A stretch of DNA of 64,000 bases from Solirubrobacteraceae bacterium (GCA_035524415.1 DATKOY010000178.1:7204-71203); one strand, 5' to 3'; numbered from the stretch's first letter, positions 43,549 to 52,411 are shown. Made by a program: numbers and translations. Notes: generated from the letters alone by a model not told the origin.

Positions 43549-44216
43549 GTCAGACTCCCCACCGCCGAGAGCACCAGGACCGCCGCGAGCGAGGCGGTCG
43601 CGATCCATGCTGCCGCCCCGCGCCGGCGCTCGATCCACCGGTGCATCGCGAACAGCTGGTCGGGGCGCCGCACGCGCGCGGACACGAGCGGCGTGATCCC
43701 ACGGACCGCGCCGTAGATCCCGACGACGAGCGCCCCACGGGCGGGATCGCCGGTCAGGACCGCCGCCAGCAGCGTCACGTACGTGGCCGCACTCGTCACG
43801 ATCGTGGTGATCCCGAGCCCGAGTTGCGCGCCGAACCCGACGCCGTAGACCCAGCCGCGGAACTCGTCGAGCCAGTGCTCGTTGACTTGGCGCCGCGGCC
43901 CCGGGATCCGGCGCGGGAGCAGCTCGAGCACGACCCCGGCACACGCCACCAGCGCAAACGCAGCGAGTCGGGGCTGACCGCTCACCGCATCACCCAGCAG
44001 TGCCGCACCGACGGCTCCGAGGATCGCTCCAAACACCGTCCCCGCCGCGGTCGCCCCGATCACGAACGCGGTCATCGTCACGCCCCATGTCGATTGCCGG
44101 CCCCGCTCCCCGAGCGGGGTGATGCTCGCCAGCATCGACTCGCCTCACGGCGACCATGCCGACGCGACCGCTCCGATCACAGCGGCCGCACACCCGAGAA
44201 CCAGCAGCTCGGTCAC
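43545..44216 (-). CDS. MauF/CcdA-like membrane protein, probable selenoprotein (in-frame TGA at codon 24)
   Basis: MTELLVLGCAAAVIGAVASAWSP-TGA-GESMLASITPLGER; RQVNEHW and GAQLGLGITT motifs; GTG start overlaps stop of upstream gene. Confidence 0.75.
44101..44136 (-). other. Candidate SECIS hairpins 3' of the in-frame UGA
   Basis: GATGCT-GGCG-AGCATC and CCCCGCTC-GGG-GAGCGGGG within ~45 nt downstream of TGA 44147-44145. Confidence 0.5.
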
Positions 44217-44884
44217 TCTTCGCCGCGGCCCGGGTACAGGCTTGGGTGCTCGGGTCCGATCCCGGCGGCGGCGAACGTCGCGTCAACTCCCCGCGACCGG
44301 CGCGTGCCGGCGTCCCTAAGGCCGGCCTCGCGTTCATCCTCGATCGCGTCGCCGACGAGCGAGGCGAGCGCCTGCCACGTCGTCGCGACCCCCTCGCCGC
44401 GGACGACGCCGTCGACGAGCACGAAGTACGGCGAGCCCGGCACGCGGTAATCGGCCCAGGCCTGCGAGGACATCACGACGGGCACGCCGTCCGGCGCGAG
44501 CTTGCGCAACCGCGACGGCGACTCGCGATCGGTCCCGTGCGTGACGATCACGGTCTGCACCTCGGGCGGGAGGCGACGCTCGCCGAGCGTGTCCCAGAAG
44601 CCTTGGCAGCTGCCGCAGCCGCTCGTCAGGAACGCGAGCAGCGTCGGCATCGACCCTGCCCCCTCGAACGACAGCGTCAGCGGCTCGCCGTCGGGCGTCG
44701 CACCGGTCAGCACGGCCGCAGCATGCGCGCCGGCCGGTCGCGCGACAGCCGGCGGCTGCCTGATCCCGTCGGCCGCCGGCGGGCCGAGCCGGCGCAGGAT
44801 CTCGGCGTGGCTGCGCAGCAGCCCCGCGACCAGCACGACGAGCAGCACGAGCAACACAGTCTCGACCGACACGATCGCAACCAT
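44213..44884 (-). CDS. MauD-like membrane-anchored thioredoxin
   Basis: N-terminal TM, HAEILRRL, FLTSGCGSC, YRVPGSPYFVLVD. Confidence 0.8.
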   Translation of the reverse strand: MVAIVSVETVLLVLLVVLVAGLLRSHAEILRRLGPPAADGIRQPPAVARPAGAHAAAVLTGATPDGEPLTLSFEGAGSMPTLLAFLTSGCGSCQGFWDTLGERRLPPEVQTVIVTHGTDRESPSRLRKLAPDGVPVVMSSQAWADYRVPGSPYFVLVDGVVRGEGVATTWQALASLVGDAIEDEREAGLRDAGTRRSRGVDATFAAAGIGPEHPSLYPGRGEE

Positions 44885-45505
44885 CTACGCCCCTCCACCC
44901 CCTGGCAACTGGATCGCTAGGCCCTCGAGGCACCCAGCCTCGTGGGTGCATGTGTTGTCGTCGATCATCTCGGTGGTGTTGCAGTTCATGCCCGGAACCG
45001 TCGCCGGGTTCTGGCAGATGATCAGCCGGCAGACGACCTCGGTCGTCCCCTGCACCTGCGTGTTGCACTGCCCGTAGCGGAAGTGATTGCAGTCGACCCT
45101 GCGCTTGTTGCAGTCGCCGCCCGCGCACTGGCAGCCGCCGGGGAACACGGTCCCAGGGATCCGGTTGCAGTCGATGATGTACCGCACGCCCTCGGCATGG
45201 CAGAGGCCGGTGCCCTGGTAGTTGGTGCACTTCCACCAGCCGGCGACATAGGACCCGGTCGGGCAGCTGTTGGCGCCGTGCTCGATCTCGCAGCAGAACG
45301 CGGTGTAGCCGTCCAGACACAGCCCCGACCCGCAGTTGCCCGGCCCGATCACCGCCCACGCGGTCCCCGGGCGCACGAGGTAGCGGACCGGCGCGACCGC
45401 GAACGCGGATCCGGCCAGCGCCGCCCGCTGGAGCGCGCTGCGCCGCGAGACCCGGCGTTCAAGCAGCCCTGCGACGGAATCTGCCAGCCGCTGCGCGAGG
45501 CTCAC
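44885..45505 (-). CDS. Tat-exported 18-Cys protein, distant methylamine dehydrogenase light-chain (MauA)-like
   Basis: SRRSAL Tat motif; CPTGSYVAGWWKC, YIIDC; GTG start overlaps upstream stop. Confidence 0.7.
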   Translation of the reverse strand: MSLAQRLADSVAGLLERRVSRRSALQRAALAGSAFAVAPVRYLVRPGTAWAVIGPGNCGSGLCLDGYTAFCCEIEHGANSCPTGSYVAGWWKCTNYQGTGLCHAEGVRYIIDCNRIPGTVFPGGCQCAGGDCNKRRVDCNHFRYGQCNTQVQGTTEVVCRLIICQNPATVPGMNCNTTEMIDDNTCTHEAGCLEGLAIQLPGGGGA

Positions 45506-46017
45506 GGGACGCTCCAGGCCGACCACGCCGCCGGCAGCTGCGTGTAGGCGATCACGGTCGCGTACACGGCGCCGCCGATGCCGATCATGAGCGCCGCGGC
45601 CGACGCCGGCGCCTGGCCGAGCACCCATCCGAGGCCGTGCGCGCCCGCGAACGCGGCAGCGAGCGCGACCGCCGCGAACGCAGTGCTCAGCAGCGACTGC
45701 AGCAGCGAGGCGGGCGTGCGGTCCTCGCCGAAGCACCCGCACGAGGCGTGCCGGCGGGCAAGCGCCAGCGCGACGACGGCGAACAGCGCATAGACGCCTG
45801 CCATCGCCGCTGCCGCGCCGCGACCTCCGGCGATCAGCGCCCAGCCGCCCATGGCAAGCTCACACGCTGCGAGTGTCCGAACGAATATTGGGGCTGCCGG
45901 CAGCCCCAAAATCGAGAGCGCCCGGCCGGCCGCGGCCGGGCTGCGCAGCTTGAGCGCTCCGGCAACGCACAGAACGCCCGCGGCGACGAGCAGCGGCGGG
46001 GTCAGCGCGGCGCTCAC
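45502..46017 (-). CDS. MauE/DoxX family membrane redox protein
   Basis: AGALKL, E in second TM, SCGCFG motif. Confidence 0.85.
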   Translation of the reverse strand: MSAALTPPLLVAAGVLCVAGALKLRSPAAAGRALSILGLPAAPIFVRTLAACELAMGGWALIAGGRGAAAAMAGVYALFAVVALALARRHASCGCFGEDRTPASLLQSLLSTAFAAVALAAAFAGAHGLGWVLGQAPASAAALMIGIGGAVYATVIAYTQLPAAWSAWSVP

Positions 46018-46964
46018 CGCGCCCGCCCCTCGAGGATCGTGGCGGCGGCGCTGGCGGGGTCGAGCTCGCGCGAGACGACGCGATCGAGCAGCTCCTTGAC
46101 CGCGGGGTCAGCGCGCACGGAGGCCTCGAGGTCGCGGCGCATCCGGAACGTGGCGATCGCGAGCACCTCGTTCATGAGGTTCCGGCGGCGGCGCTCGGAC
46201 AGCGTGCCCTGGGCCTCGATGTAGTCGTGATGCTCGGCCAGCTTCTGCGCCAGCTGCTCGACGCCGTCGCCCCGAGCCGCCTCGGTCGTGACGATCGGAA
46301 CCTGCCATCCCTCTCGCGGGCCGAGCGCGAGCACTCCTTTGATCTCGCGCACCATTGTGTCTGTCAGCGGGTGGTCGGCCTTGTTGACGACGATCACGTC
46401 AGGGATCTCCATCACTCCGGCCTTGAGTGCCTGGATTGAATCACCACTGCCGGGCATTAACACGAGCACGACCGTATCGGCGTGGTCGATGATGTCGACC
46501 TCGGCCTGCCCGACCCCGACCGTCTCGAGCAGCACGACGTCCCGGCCCGAGGCGTCCATCAGCAGCGCCGTCTGGAGCGTCGCCTCGCTCAGCCCTCCGA
46601 GCGCGCCGCGATTCGCCATCGAGCGGATGAACACGCCCGGGTCCAGAAAGTGGTCGCTGAGGCGGATCCGGTCGCCGAGCAGCGCGCCCTGCGTGAACGG
46701 GCTCGAGGGGTCGATCGACAGGACCGCGACGGTCCGCCCACGCTCGCGCTCGAGCTTCGTGAGCGCTCCGATGAGGGTCGATTTCCCCACCCCGGGAGGC
46801 CCCGTGAAGCCCACGACCGCGGCTCCGCCGGTGTGTGGATAGACCTCCCGCACGAGCGCCCAGCCCTCCGGGTCGTCGTCCTCGACGAGCGAGATCGCCC
46901 GCGCGAGCGCCCGCTTGTCGCCGGCCATCAAGCGCTGCGCGAGTGTCTGTTCGGTGTCGGCCAT
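46014..46964 (-). CDS. meaB: Methylmalonyl-CoA mutase-associated GTPase
   Basis: GPPGVGKST, DPSSP, LGDRIR, ETVGVGQ, NKAD. Confidence 0.93.
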   Translation of the reverse strand: MADTEQTLAQRLMAGDKRALARAISLVEDDDPEGWALVREVYPHTGGAAVVGFTGPPGVGKSTLIGALTKLERERGRTVAVLSIDPSSPFTQGALLGDRIRLSDHFLDPGVFIRSMANRGALGGLSEATLQTALLMDASGRDVVLLETVGVGQAEVDIIDHADTVVLVLMPGSGDSIQALKAGVMEIPDVIVVNKADHPLTDTMVREIKGVLALGPREGWQVPIVTTEAARGDGVEQLAQKLAEHHDYIEAQGTLSERRRRNLMNEVLAIATFRMRRDLEASVRADPAVKELLDRVVSRELDPASAAATILEGRAR

Positions 46965-47046
46965 GAGGGCAGGCAATCATGCCAGGGCCCGTTTACGGAG
47001 CGATCCTGGGCGGGGATGCGTGCTCGATGACCCTTAACACGATGCG

Positions 47047-47811
47047 GTGGTCAACTACCATCTCCGCGTGAGCGCAACCGACGATCGCCGCGTGAGCGCG
47101 ACCGAGAAGCTTCGCGTGAGCACGACCGCGACGCGCCCGATCAAGCACTCGTTGCAGCCTCCGCCGGTGCCGGCGATCGTGCGTGCCCCCCCGGCGCCGC
47201 TGCACGGTGGACCGCTCACGTTCCTGCGCTTCGCCCGCGCGCACCACATGCTGCGCTGGGGGTATGTCCCGCTCATCCTTCGCTGGATCTGGTTGAAGCT
47301 GCGCTGGCGCGGGCGCCTGGAGACCGACGGGCTGTGCTTCGTGTGCCCGGGCGTCACATTCGAGATCGGGCGCGAGGCGAAGCTCACGCTCGGACGCTGG
47401 TCGTGGCTCGGGCACGGCTGCAAGGTCCGCGTGCACGAGGGGCACGTGTCGATCGGGGCGAAGTCGGTGCTCGGCCAGGAGTGCACGATCTCCGCCTACC
47501 AGCACGTGTCCGTCGGGCGCGAGTGCATCATCGCCGACCGCGTGATGATGATCGACTTCGATCACGGGATGGTCGAGGTCGAGCGGCCGATCCGCGAGCA
47601 GGGCATCTACAAGCGCGATGTCAACGTTGGCCACAACGTGTGGATCGGCTACGGCGCGTGCGTGCTGCGCGGCGTGAGCATCGGCGACAACTCGGTCGTC
47701 GGGACGAGCGCGGTCGTCACCTGTGACGTGCCCGCGAACGCCGTCGTCGGCGGGATCCCCGCCCGGCTGATCCGCAGGCGCGAGGCGCCGCGGACGTTTC
47801 GCTGGGAGTGA
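47047..47811 (+). CDS. Hexapeptide-repeat acyltransferase (Rv3034c-like)
   Basis: LbH repeats, DFDH...PIREQGI, VWIG, GIPARLI; true start may be one of the later GTGs. Confidence 0.85.
   Translation: MVNYHLRVSATDDRRVSATEKLRVSTTATRPIKHSLQPPPVPAIVRAPPAPLHGGPLTFLRFARAHHMLRWGYVPLILRWIWLKLRWRGRLETDGLCFVCPGVTFEIGREAKLTLGRWSWLGHGCKVRVHEGHVSIGAKSVLGQECTISAYQHVSVGRECIIADRVMMIDFDHGMVEVERPIREQGIYKRDVNVGHNVWIGYGACVLRGVSIGDNSVVGTSAVVTCDVPANAVVGGIPARLIRRREAPRTFRWE
47066..47135 (+). repeat. Three imperfect 24-bp tandem repeats (CGCGTGAGCGCRACCGA...)
   Basis: Encodes VSATDDRR-VSATEKLR-VSTTATRP. Confidence 0.7.
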
Positions 47812-47845
47812 GGCGTCACCGCGCCGCCGCCGCGCCAGGCTCGCC

Positions 47846-49279
47846 TCAGCCCTCCCAGCCGACGAGTTCCGGCGCGAGGTGGCGCAGCGCCGGGTCGAGC
47901 CCCGGCTCGCCGTGGAGCGCCTGCTCGAGCGCGGCCGCGTGGCCGTCGGCTCGCTCGGCCGGGTACTCGCCCGCGAGCTCCCGGCTCACCAGAAACGCCC
48001 AGTCGCTCGACTGCAGCGCGAGCAGCTCCCTCAGGGCCCGCTCCCCCACCCGCTCGCGCGCGGCGGCCGCGCGCAGCTCGGCGGTCCGCGCGCGCCAGGC
48101 GATCCCGGCCACGCGCGGGCCGCTCCAGGTCCGCAGATCGCCGCCCTCGCCCCAGCTCGTGCCGGGCAGCTCAGCCGGCCCCGCGACCGGCTCGTGGCGG
48201 GTGAGCGCCTCGTCGAGCGTCGTCAGCGCGAGGCCTTCGCGGGCGGCCTCGTCGAGCACGGCCGCGAGCCACCGCACGCCCTCGTACCACCAGTGTCCGA
48301 GCAGTTCGGTGTCGAGCGCGCACACGCAGACGCCGCCGTCGCGCACGCGCTCGCGTACGCGGCCGACGAAGTCGCGCGCATGCTGGGCGATGGCGGCCTG
48401 CGCGCGTGCGGAGTCATACGGCCTGCCGTCGTTGCTAAAGGCGCGGTGGTGGTGCGGCGTCAGCCGGTGGTAGTCGCGATAGGCGCCGCTCGCGGGATAG
48501 CCCTGCTCGCTCCACACGAGCGCGATCGTCTCGCGGTCGATCGGCCACAGCACGGGCCCCTCCTCGCTCGCTTGCGGCTGCAGGTGACGCGGATCGCCGA
48601 GCCCGAACACCCCGGTCAGCTCGACGCATGTCGCGCGGACCCCGGCATCCTCGAGCAGCGCGTCGAGCCACGGCGCATGCGCGCACTCGGGCAGCCAGAA
48701 GCCGCCACTCCAGGCGCCGAAGCGGCGGCGGTGCGAGGCGATCCCGGTCTGAAGCTGCAGGCTGATGCCGCTGTCGGTCGCGAGCAGCGGCAGCACGGCG
48801 TGGGTGGCGGACGAAGTCCAGCGCACGTGTTCGCCGAGCGCGGCGAGCAGCCCGCCCCGGAGTCCCGCGAGCCGGTCGGCGGCCGCGGCGTACTCGGCCG
48901 CCGAGCGCTCCAGCTCGGCCGCGAGCGCGTGCCGCCCGGCCGAGCGAAACGCGCGCACGTCCCGTCTGTGCGACTCCGGGCGGATCTCCCGCAGGAACGC
49001 GAGGCAGCGCTCGGTCAGGCCGGGCGCCTCGAGCTGGTCGCACAGCACGGGGGTCAGCGACAGCGTGATCGGGCCGCGGCCGAGCACGTCGAGCAGCGGC
49101 AGGTAGGACGTCGCGATCGCCTCCCACAGCCACTCCTCGCCGAACGGCCAGGTGCCAAAGCCCGCAGGGGCGCGCACGAACGCGTCCTGGTCATCGGGCG
49201 GCCATGCGCCACCGCCCTCGACGTACGGCATGTGCGTGTGGAGCACGATCGCGAGCTCGCCGGGTGACGTCGGCGTCAC
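47846..49279 (-). CDS. GH57 1,4-alpha-glucan branching enzyme (DUF1957; Rv3031-like)
   Basis: LHTHMPYV, EEWLWEAI..SYLP, FWLPECA, DTELLGHWWYEG, QSSDWAF. Confidence 0.9.
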   Translation of the reverse strand: MTPTSPGELAIVLHTHMPYVEGGGAWPPDDQDAFVRAPAGFGTWPFGEEWLWEAIATSYLPLLDVLGRGPITLSLTPVLCDQLEAPGLTERCLAFLREIRPESHRRDVRAFRSAGRHALAAELERSAAEYAAAADRLAGLRGGLLAALGEHVRWTSSATHAVLPLLATDSGISLQLQTGIASHRRRFGAWSGGFWLPECAHAPWLDALLEDAGVRATCVELTGVFGLGDPRHLQPQASEEGPVLWPIDRETIALVWSEQGYPASGAYRDYHRLTPHHHRAFSNDGRPYDSARAQAAIAQHARDFVGRVRERVRDGGVCVCALDTELLGHWWYEGVRWLAAVLDEAAREGLALTTLDEALTRHEPVAGPAELPGTSWGEGGDLRTWSGPRVAGIAWRARTAELRAAAARERVGERALRELLALQSSDWAFLVSRELAGEYPAERADGHAAALEQALHGEPGLDPALRHLAPELVGWEG

Positions 49280-50040
49280 GGGCGGCACACGGCGAGGAAG
49301 TCGAGCGCGCCGTCGAGCCGGTCGGGCCGCAGGGCGAAGTCGCTCGTGGCGATCGCGGGGGTGAAGCGGTCGTAGAACGGCTTGGTCAGCCGCAAACGGG
49401 CGTGCACCGCGTCCCACCCGAGCGTGAGCGCGAGTTCGTGGAGCCGCAGCTTGCGGGCATGGAACACGCCCAGCACCTCGACGGATGGGAACACCGACCG
49501 GCACAGCGACCGGAACTCCTCGGCCCGGTACTCCCTCAGATGCCAGGGATTGGCGGACTTCTCCGCGCCGGGCGGCGCGAGCGTCAACACGTTCGGCGTC
49601 GACACGTACACGACCCCGCCGGGGCGCAGCAGCGAGCCGAGGTGCTCGAGCACGGCGACCGGGTCAAACACGTGCTCGATCGTCTGCAGGAAGACGACCG
49701 CATCGTAGCTCCCGGCCTCGCCGAACGTCTCCACCAGGCCGCGCGCGAACGTGAGGTTTCTCGCGCGGTAGCGCAGACGCGCGTGCTCGTACGCGTCCGG
49801 ATTGGCGTCGAGCCCGACGACGCCCGACGCACGCTGCGCGAGCGCGTTCGAGCCGTACCCCTCGCCGCAGGCCATGTCGAGCACGCGCCCGCCGCCGACC
49901 CGGGCCGCGATCCATTCATACACGACGAGATGTCGGCGGAACCAGTAGTTCTCGGCCGGCACGTCGGGCAGCGTGCGCTCGCCGGTGAGCGCCAGCGGCG
50001 GGACGCCCGGTGGCTGGTTTTCCTGAACGTAGACGTTCAC
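49276..50040 (-). CDS. SAM-dependent methyltransferase (Rv3030-like)
   Basis: LTGERTLPD..ENYWFRRH.VVY, DMACGEGYG, QTIEH, STPN, NPWH.RE. Confidence 0.88.
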   Translation of the reverse strand: MNVYVQENQPPGVPPLALTGERTLPDVPAENYWFRRHLVVYEWIAARVGGGRVLDMACGEGYGSNALAQRASGVVGLDANPDAYEHARLRYRARNLTFARGLVETFGEAGSYDAVVFLQTIEHVFDPVAVLEHLGSLLRPGGVVYVSTPNVLTLAPPGAEKSANPWHLREYRAEEFRSLCRSVFPSVEVLGVFHARKLRLHELALTLGWDAVHARLRLTKPFYDRFTPAIATSDFALRPDRLDGALDFLAVCRP

Positions 50041-50072
50041 TGCAGAGGCGACAGGGTAATGTCCTGCGCCCG

Positions 50073-50984
50073 ATGGAGGCAGTTCGTACCGCAGACGAGA
50101 TCCGCGACGTCAACACGCGATACCACGACGTCGCGGCGTCGAGCTATGACAGTAAGTGGGGCATCGACTTCGGGGAGGTCGGCCAGACCCAGGTGCTCGG
50201 CAAGCTGCGCAAGCTGCTCGGATCGGAGCTCGAGCGCGGGTACGAGCGCTCGCTCGAGATCGGAGCCGGCACGGGATATTTCAGCCTCAACCTGCTCCAG
50301 GCGGGCGTCGTCGGCGAGGCGACGTGCACCGACATCTCGCCGGGGATGGTGAGCGCGCTCGGCGCGAACGCGCGGCGCCTCGGCCTGGACGTGCGGACGG
50401 CCCGGGCCGACGCCGCCTCGCTGCCGTTCGCCGACGAGAGCTTCGACCTCGTGCTCGGCCACGCGGTCCTTCACCACCTTCCCGATCTCGACCGGGCCTT
50501 CGCGGAGGTTCACCGGGTGCTACGGCCCGGCGGGCGGATCGCCTTCGCCGGCGAGCCGTCGCGGTTCGGCGACCATCTCGCGGCCGTGCCCAAGCGCGCG
50601 GCGGGAGTGTTCGCGCCGGTCTGGCGGACCGTGCTGCGAGCCGCTCCGGCGCCCGAGACCCCACACACGATGGAGCACGGTGATCACCGACTCGAGCGGT
50701 GTGTCGACATCCACGCGTTCGCTCCCAGCGACCTCTCGAGGCTCGCGCGCCTCGCCGGTTTCACGGCCGTGCGCGTCCGCGGCGAGGAGCTGCTGGCCAA
50801 CTGGTTCGGCTGGTTCAACCGCGCGCTCGAGGCGAGCGCCACCCCGGCCGACGTCCCGATGCTCTGGCGCCAGTACGCGTTTCACGGCTATCTGCTGCTT
50901 CAGCGCCTCGACGAGCGGGTGCTCGAGCCGATGCTCCCGCCGGCGATCTTCTACAACCTCCTGCTCACGGCGAGGAAGGCGTAG
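50073..50984 (+). CDS. SAM-dependent methyltransferase (Rv3038c-like)
   Basis: YHD..A..YDSKWGI, EIGAGTGYF, GHAVLHHLPD, FAGEP, VDIHAF, FYN. Confidence 0.85.
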   Translation: MEAVRTADEIRDVNTRYHDVAASSYDSKWGIDFGEVGQTQVLGKLRKLLGSELERGYERSLEIGAGTGYFSLNLLQAGVVGEATCTDISPGMVSALGANARRLGLDVRTARADAASLPFADESFDLVLGHAVLHHLPDLDRAFAEVHRVLRPGGRIAFAGEPSRFGDHLAAVPKRAAGVFAPVWRTVLRAAPAPETPHTMEHGDHRLERCVDIHAFAPSDLSRLARLAGFTAVRVRGEELLANWFGWFNRALEASATPADVPMLWRQYAFHGYLLLQRLDERVLEPMLPPAIFYNLLLTARKA

Positions 50985-51008
50985 GACCGCGCTCATACAC
51001 TCCCGTTG

Positions 51009-51635
51009 ATGCCCGACGGGCTCTCGCACGAATTCCCGCTGTTCCCGCTCGGCTTGGTCGCGCTCCCGGAGGAGGTGATCCCGCTGCACATCTTCGAGGA
51101 GCGCTACAAGACGATGATGAACCTGTGCCTCGCCGAGGAGCGGGAGTTCGGGATCGTGTGGCTGTCCGACGACGGACTGCGCGAGACGGGCTGCGCCTGC
51201 CGGATCGAGCAGGTGCTCGAGCGGATGGATGACGGCAGGATGAACCTGCTGGCGCGCGGGACGCGGCCGTTCCGTGTGATCGAGCGCCAGAGCCACTTGC
51301 CCTACCCGGCCGGCGTGGTCGAGTTCGTCGATGACCGCGAGGAGCCGCTCGACCCCGAGCTGCTCGCCGCTGCGCGCGGGGCGTACGCCGAGCTCGTCAA
51401 GCGCGCCACCGATCGCGAGCCCGACGACGCCGAGCTCGCCGACATGTCCGCCTACGCGATGGCCGCGACCGTCGACTTCGGCCTCGACGCCAAGCAGGGA
51501 CTGCTCGACCTGCGCTCGGAGAACGCGCGCCTGCGCCTCGTGGCCCGGCTGTTCCGCGCGGCGATCAAGCGCCTGGACTTCGTCGATCGCGCCCAGGCCC
51601 GCGCCCGCTCGAACGGCAAGGTCCGGCTTGGGTGA
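51009..51635 (+). CDS. LON peptidase substrate-binding (N-terminal) domain protein
   Basis: FPLFPL, PLHIFEERY, DGRMNL..RG..PF, KQGLL. Confidence 0.85.
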   Translation: MPDGLSHEFPLFPLGLVALPEEVIPLHIFEERYKTMMNLCLAEEREFGIVWLSDDGLRETGCACRIEQVLERMDDGRMNLLARGTRPFRVIERQSHLPYPAGVVEFVDDREEPLDPELLAAARGAYAELVKRATDREPDDAELADMSAYAMAATVDFGLDAKQGLLDLRSENARLRLVARLFRAAIKRLDFVDRAQARARSNGKVRLG

Positions 51636-51877
51636 GCACCGGCGGCGCTGCAGGCCAGCTGGTCGTGTTCTCGCTGCGCGGCGAGCAGTACGGGCTGCCG
51701 ATCACGAGCGTGCGCGAGATCACGCGCTACACGGCGCCGGGCGCGACGGCGGCCACGAGCGGTCTGATCGCGGGCATGATCAGCTGGCGCGGAAGCGTGC
51801 TCGCGGTCGTCGATCTCTCGAGCCGTCTCGGCGGTTCGCTCGAGGTCGGCGACGGCACCCGGATCCTCGTGCTCGAG
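51632..51877 (+). pseudogene. Truncated CheW-like gene
   Basis: QLVVFSLRGEQYGLPITSVREI...GMISWRG.VLAVVDL..RLG...RILVLE, then similarity stops at ~82 aa with no stop nearby. Confidence 0.65.
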
Positions 51878-51979
51878 CAGCGCTGGGCGGTCAGCTGCCG
51901 CGCCGGACCCCGCCGCACCGGCGCCCGAGCGCCCGTCAGACCAAGCCCGCCGCGCCGCAGGGTGCAGCGAAGGCTCCCG

Positions 51980-52411
51980 TCAAGCGCCGGCGGCGGACGG
52001 ACACAGACTCTCAGCCACCTGCGCGGTGAACAGCTCCGTCTGAGCGAACTCCTTGTGGGCGGCGCCGGAGGTGTCGGGGAACGAGAGCGTGCCATCCGGC
52101 AGCGTGACGGTGTAGGAGTAGACGCTCCCGGTCGCCGGCACGAGCCGCATCCTCTTCTTGGCGTCGCTGTCGAGCGTGCTTTCGAGATCGCGCGCGGCCA
52201 GCAACTGCGGGTCCGACAGCGGCTTGGCTGCCTTGCCGTCGCAGCGCACGGTGCCGTCGTCCTTGATCAACAGGGTGAGCGTCCGGCTCTGCCCCGTCCG
52301 CTTGAGCAGGAACAGATCCGGGGACTGTTCGGCCAGGCCGCATCCCGCCGGCGCCATGCAGGCGATGACCGCGAGCGCACATGTGGAAACTCTTACGAGC
52401 GCCGGACGCAA
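51980..52411 (-). CDS. Putative lipoprotein
   Basis: Hydrophobic leader with AGC lipobox; PDLFLLKRTG...DDGTVRCDG. Confidence 0.65.
   Translation of the reverse strand: MRPALVRVSTCALAVIACMAPAGCGLAEQSPDLFLLKRTGQSRTLTLLIKDDGTVRCDGKAAKPLSDPQLLAARDLESTLDSDAKKRMRLVPATGSVYSYTVTLPDGTLSFPDTSGAAHKEFAQTELFTAQVAESLCPSAAGA

Noticed and set aside
44885-45505. Calling this a true methylamine dehydrogenase (mauA)
   Set aside because: The second TTQ Trp is absent and no mauB/mauG is in the window, so no gene symbol was assigned
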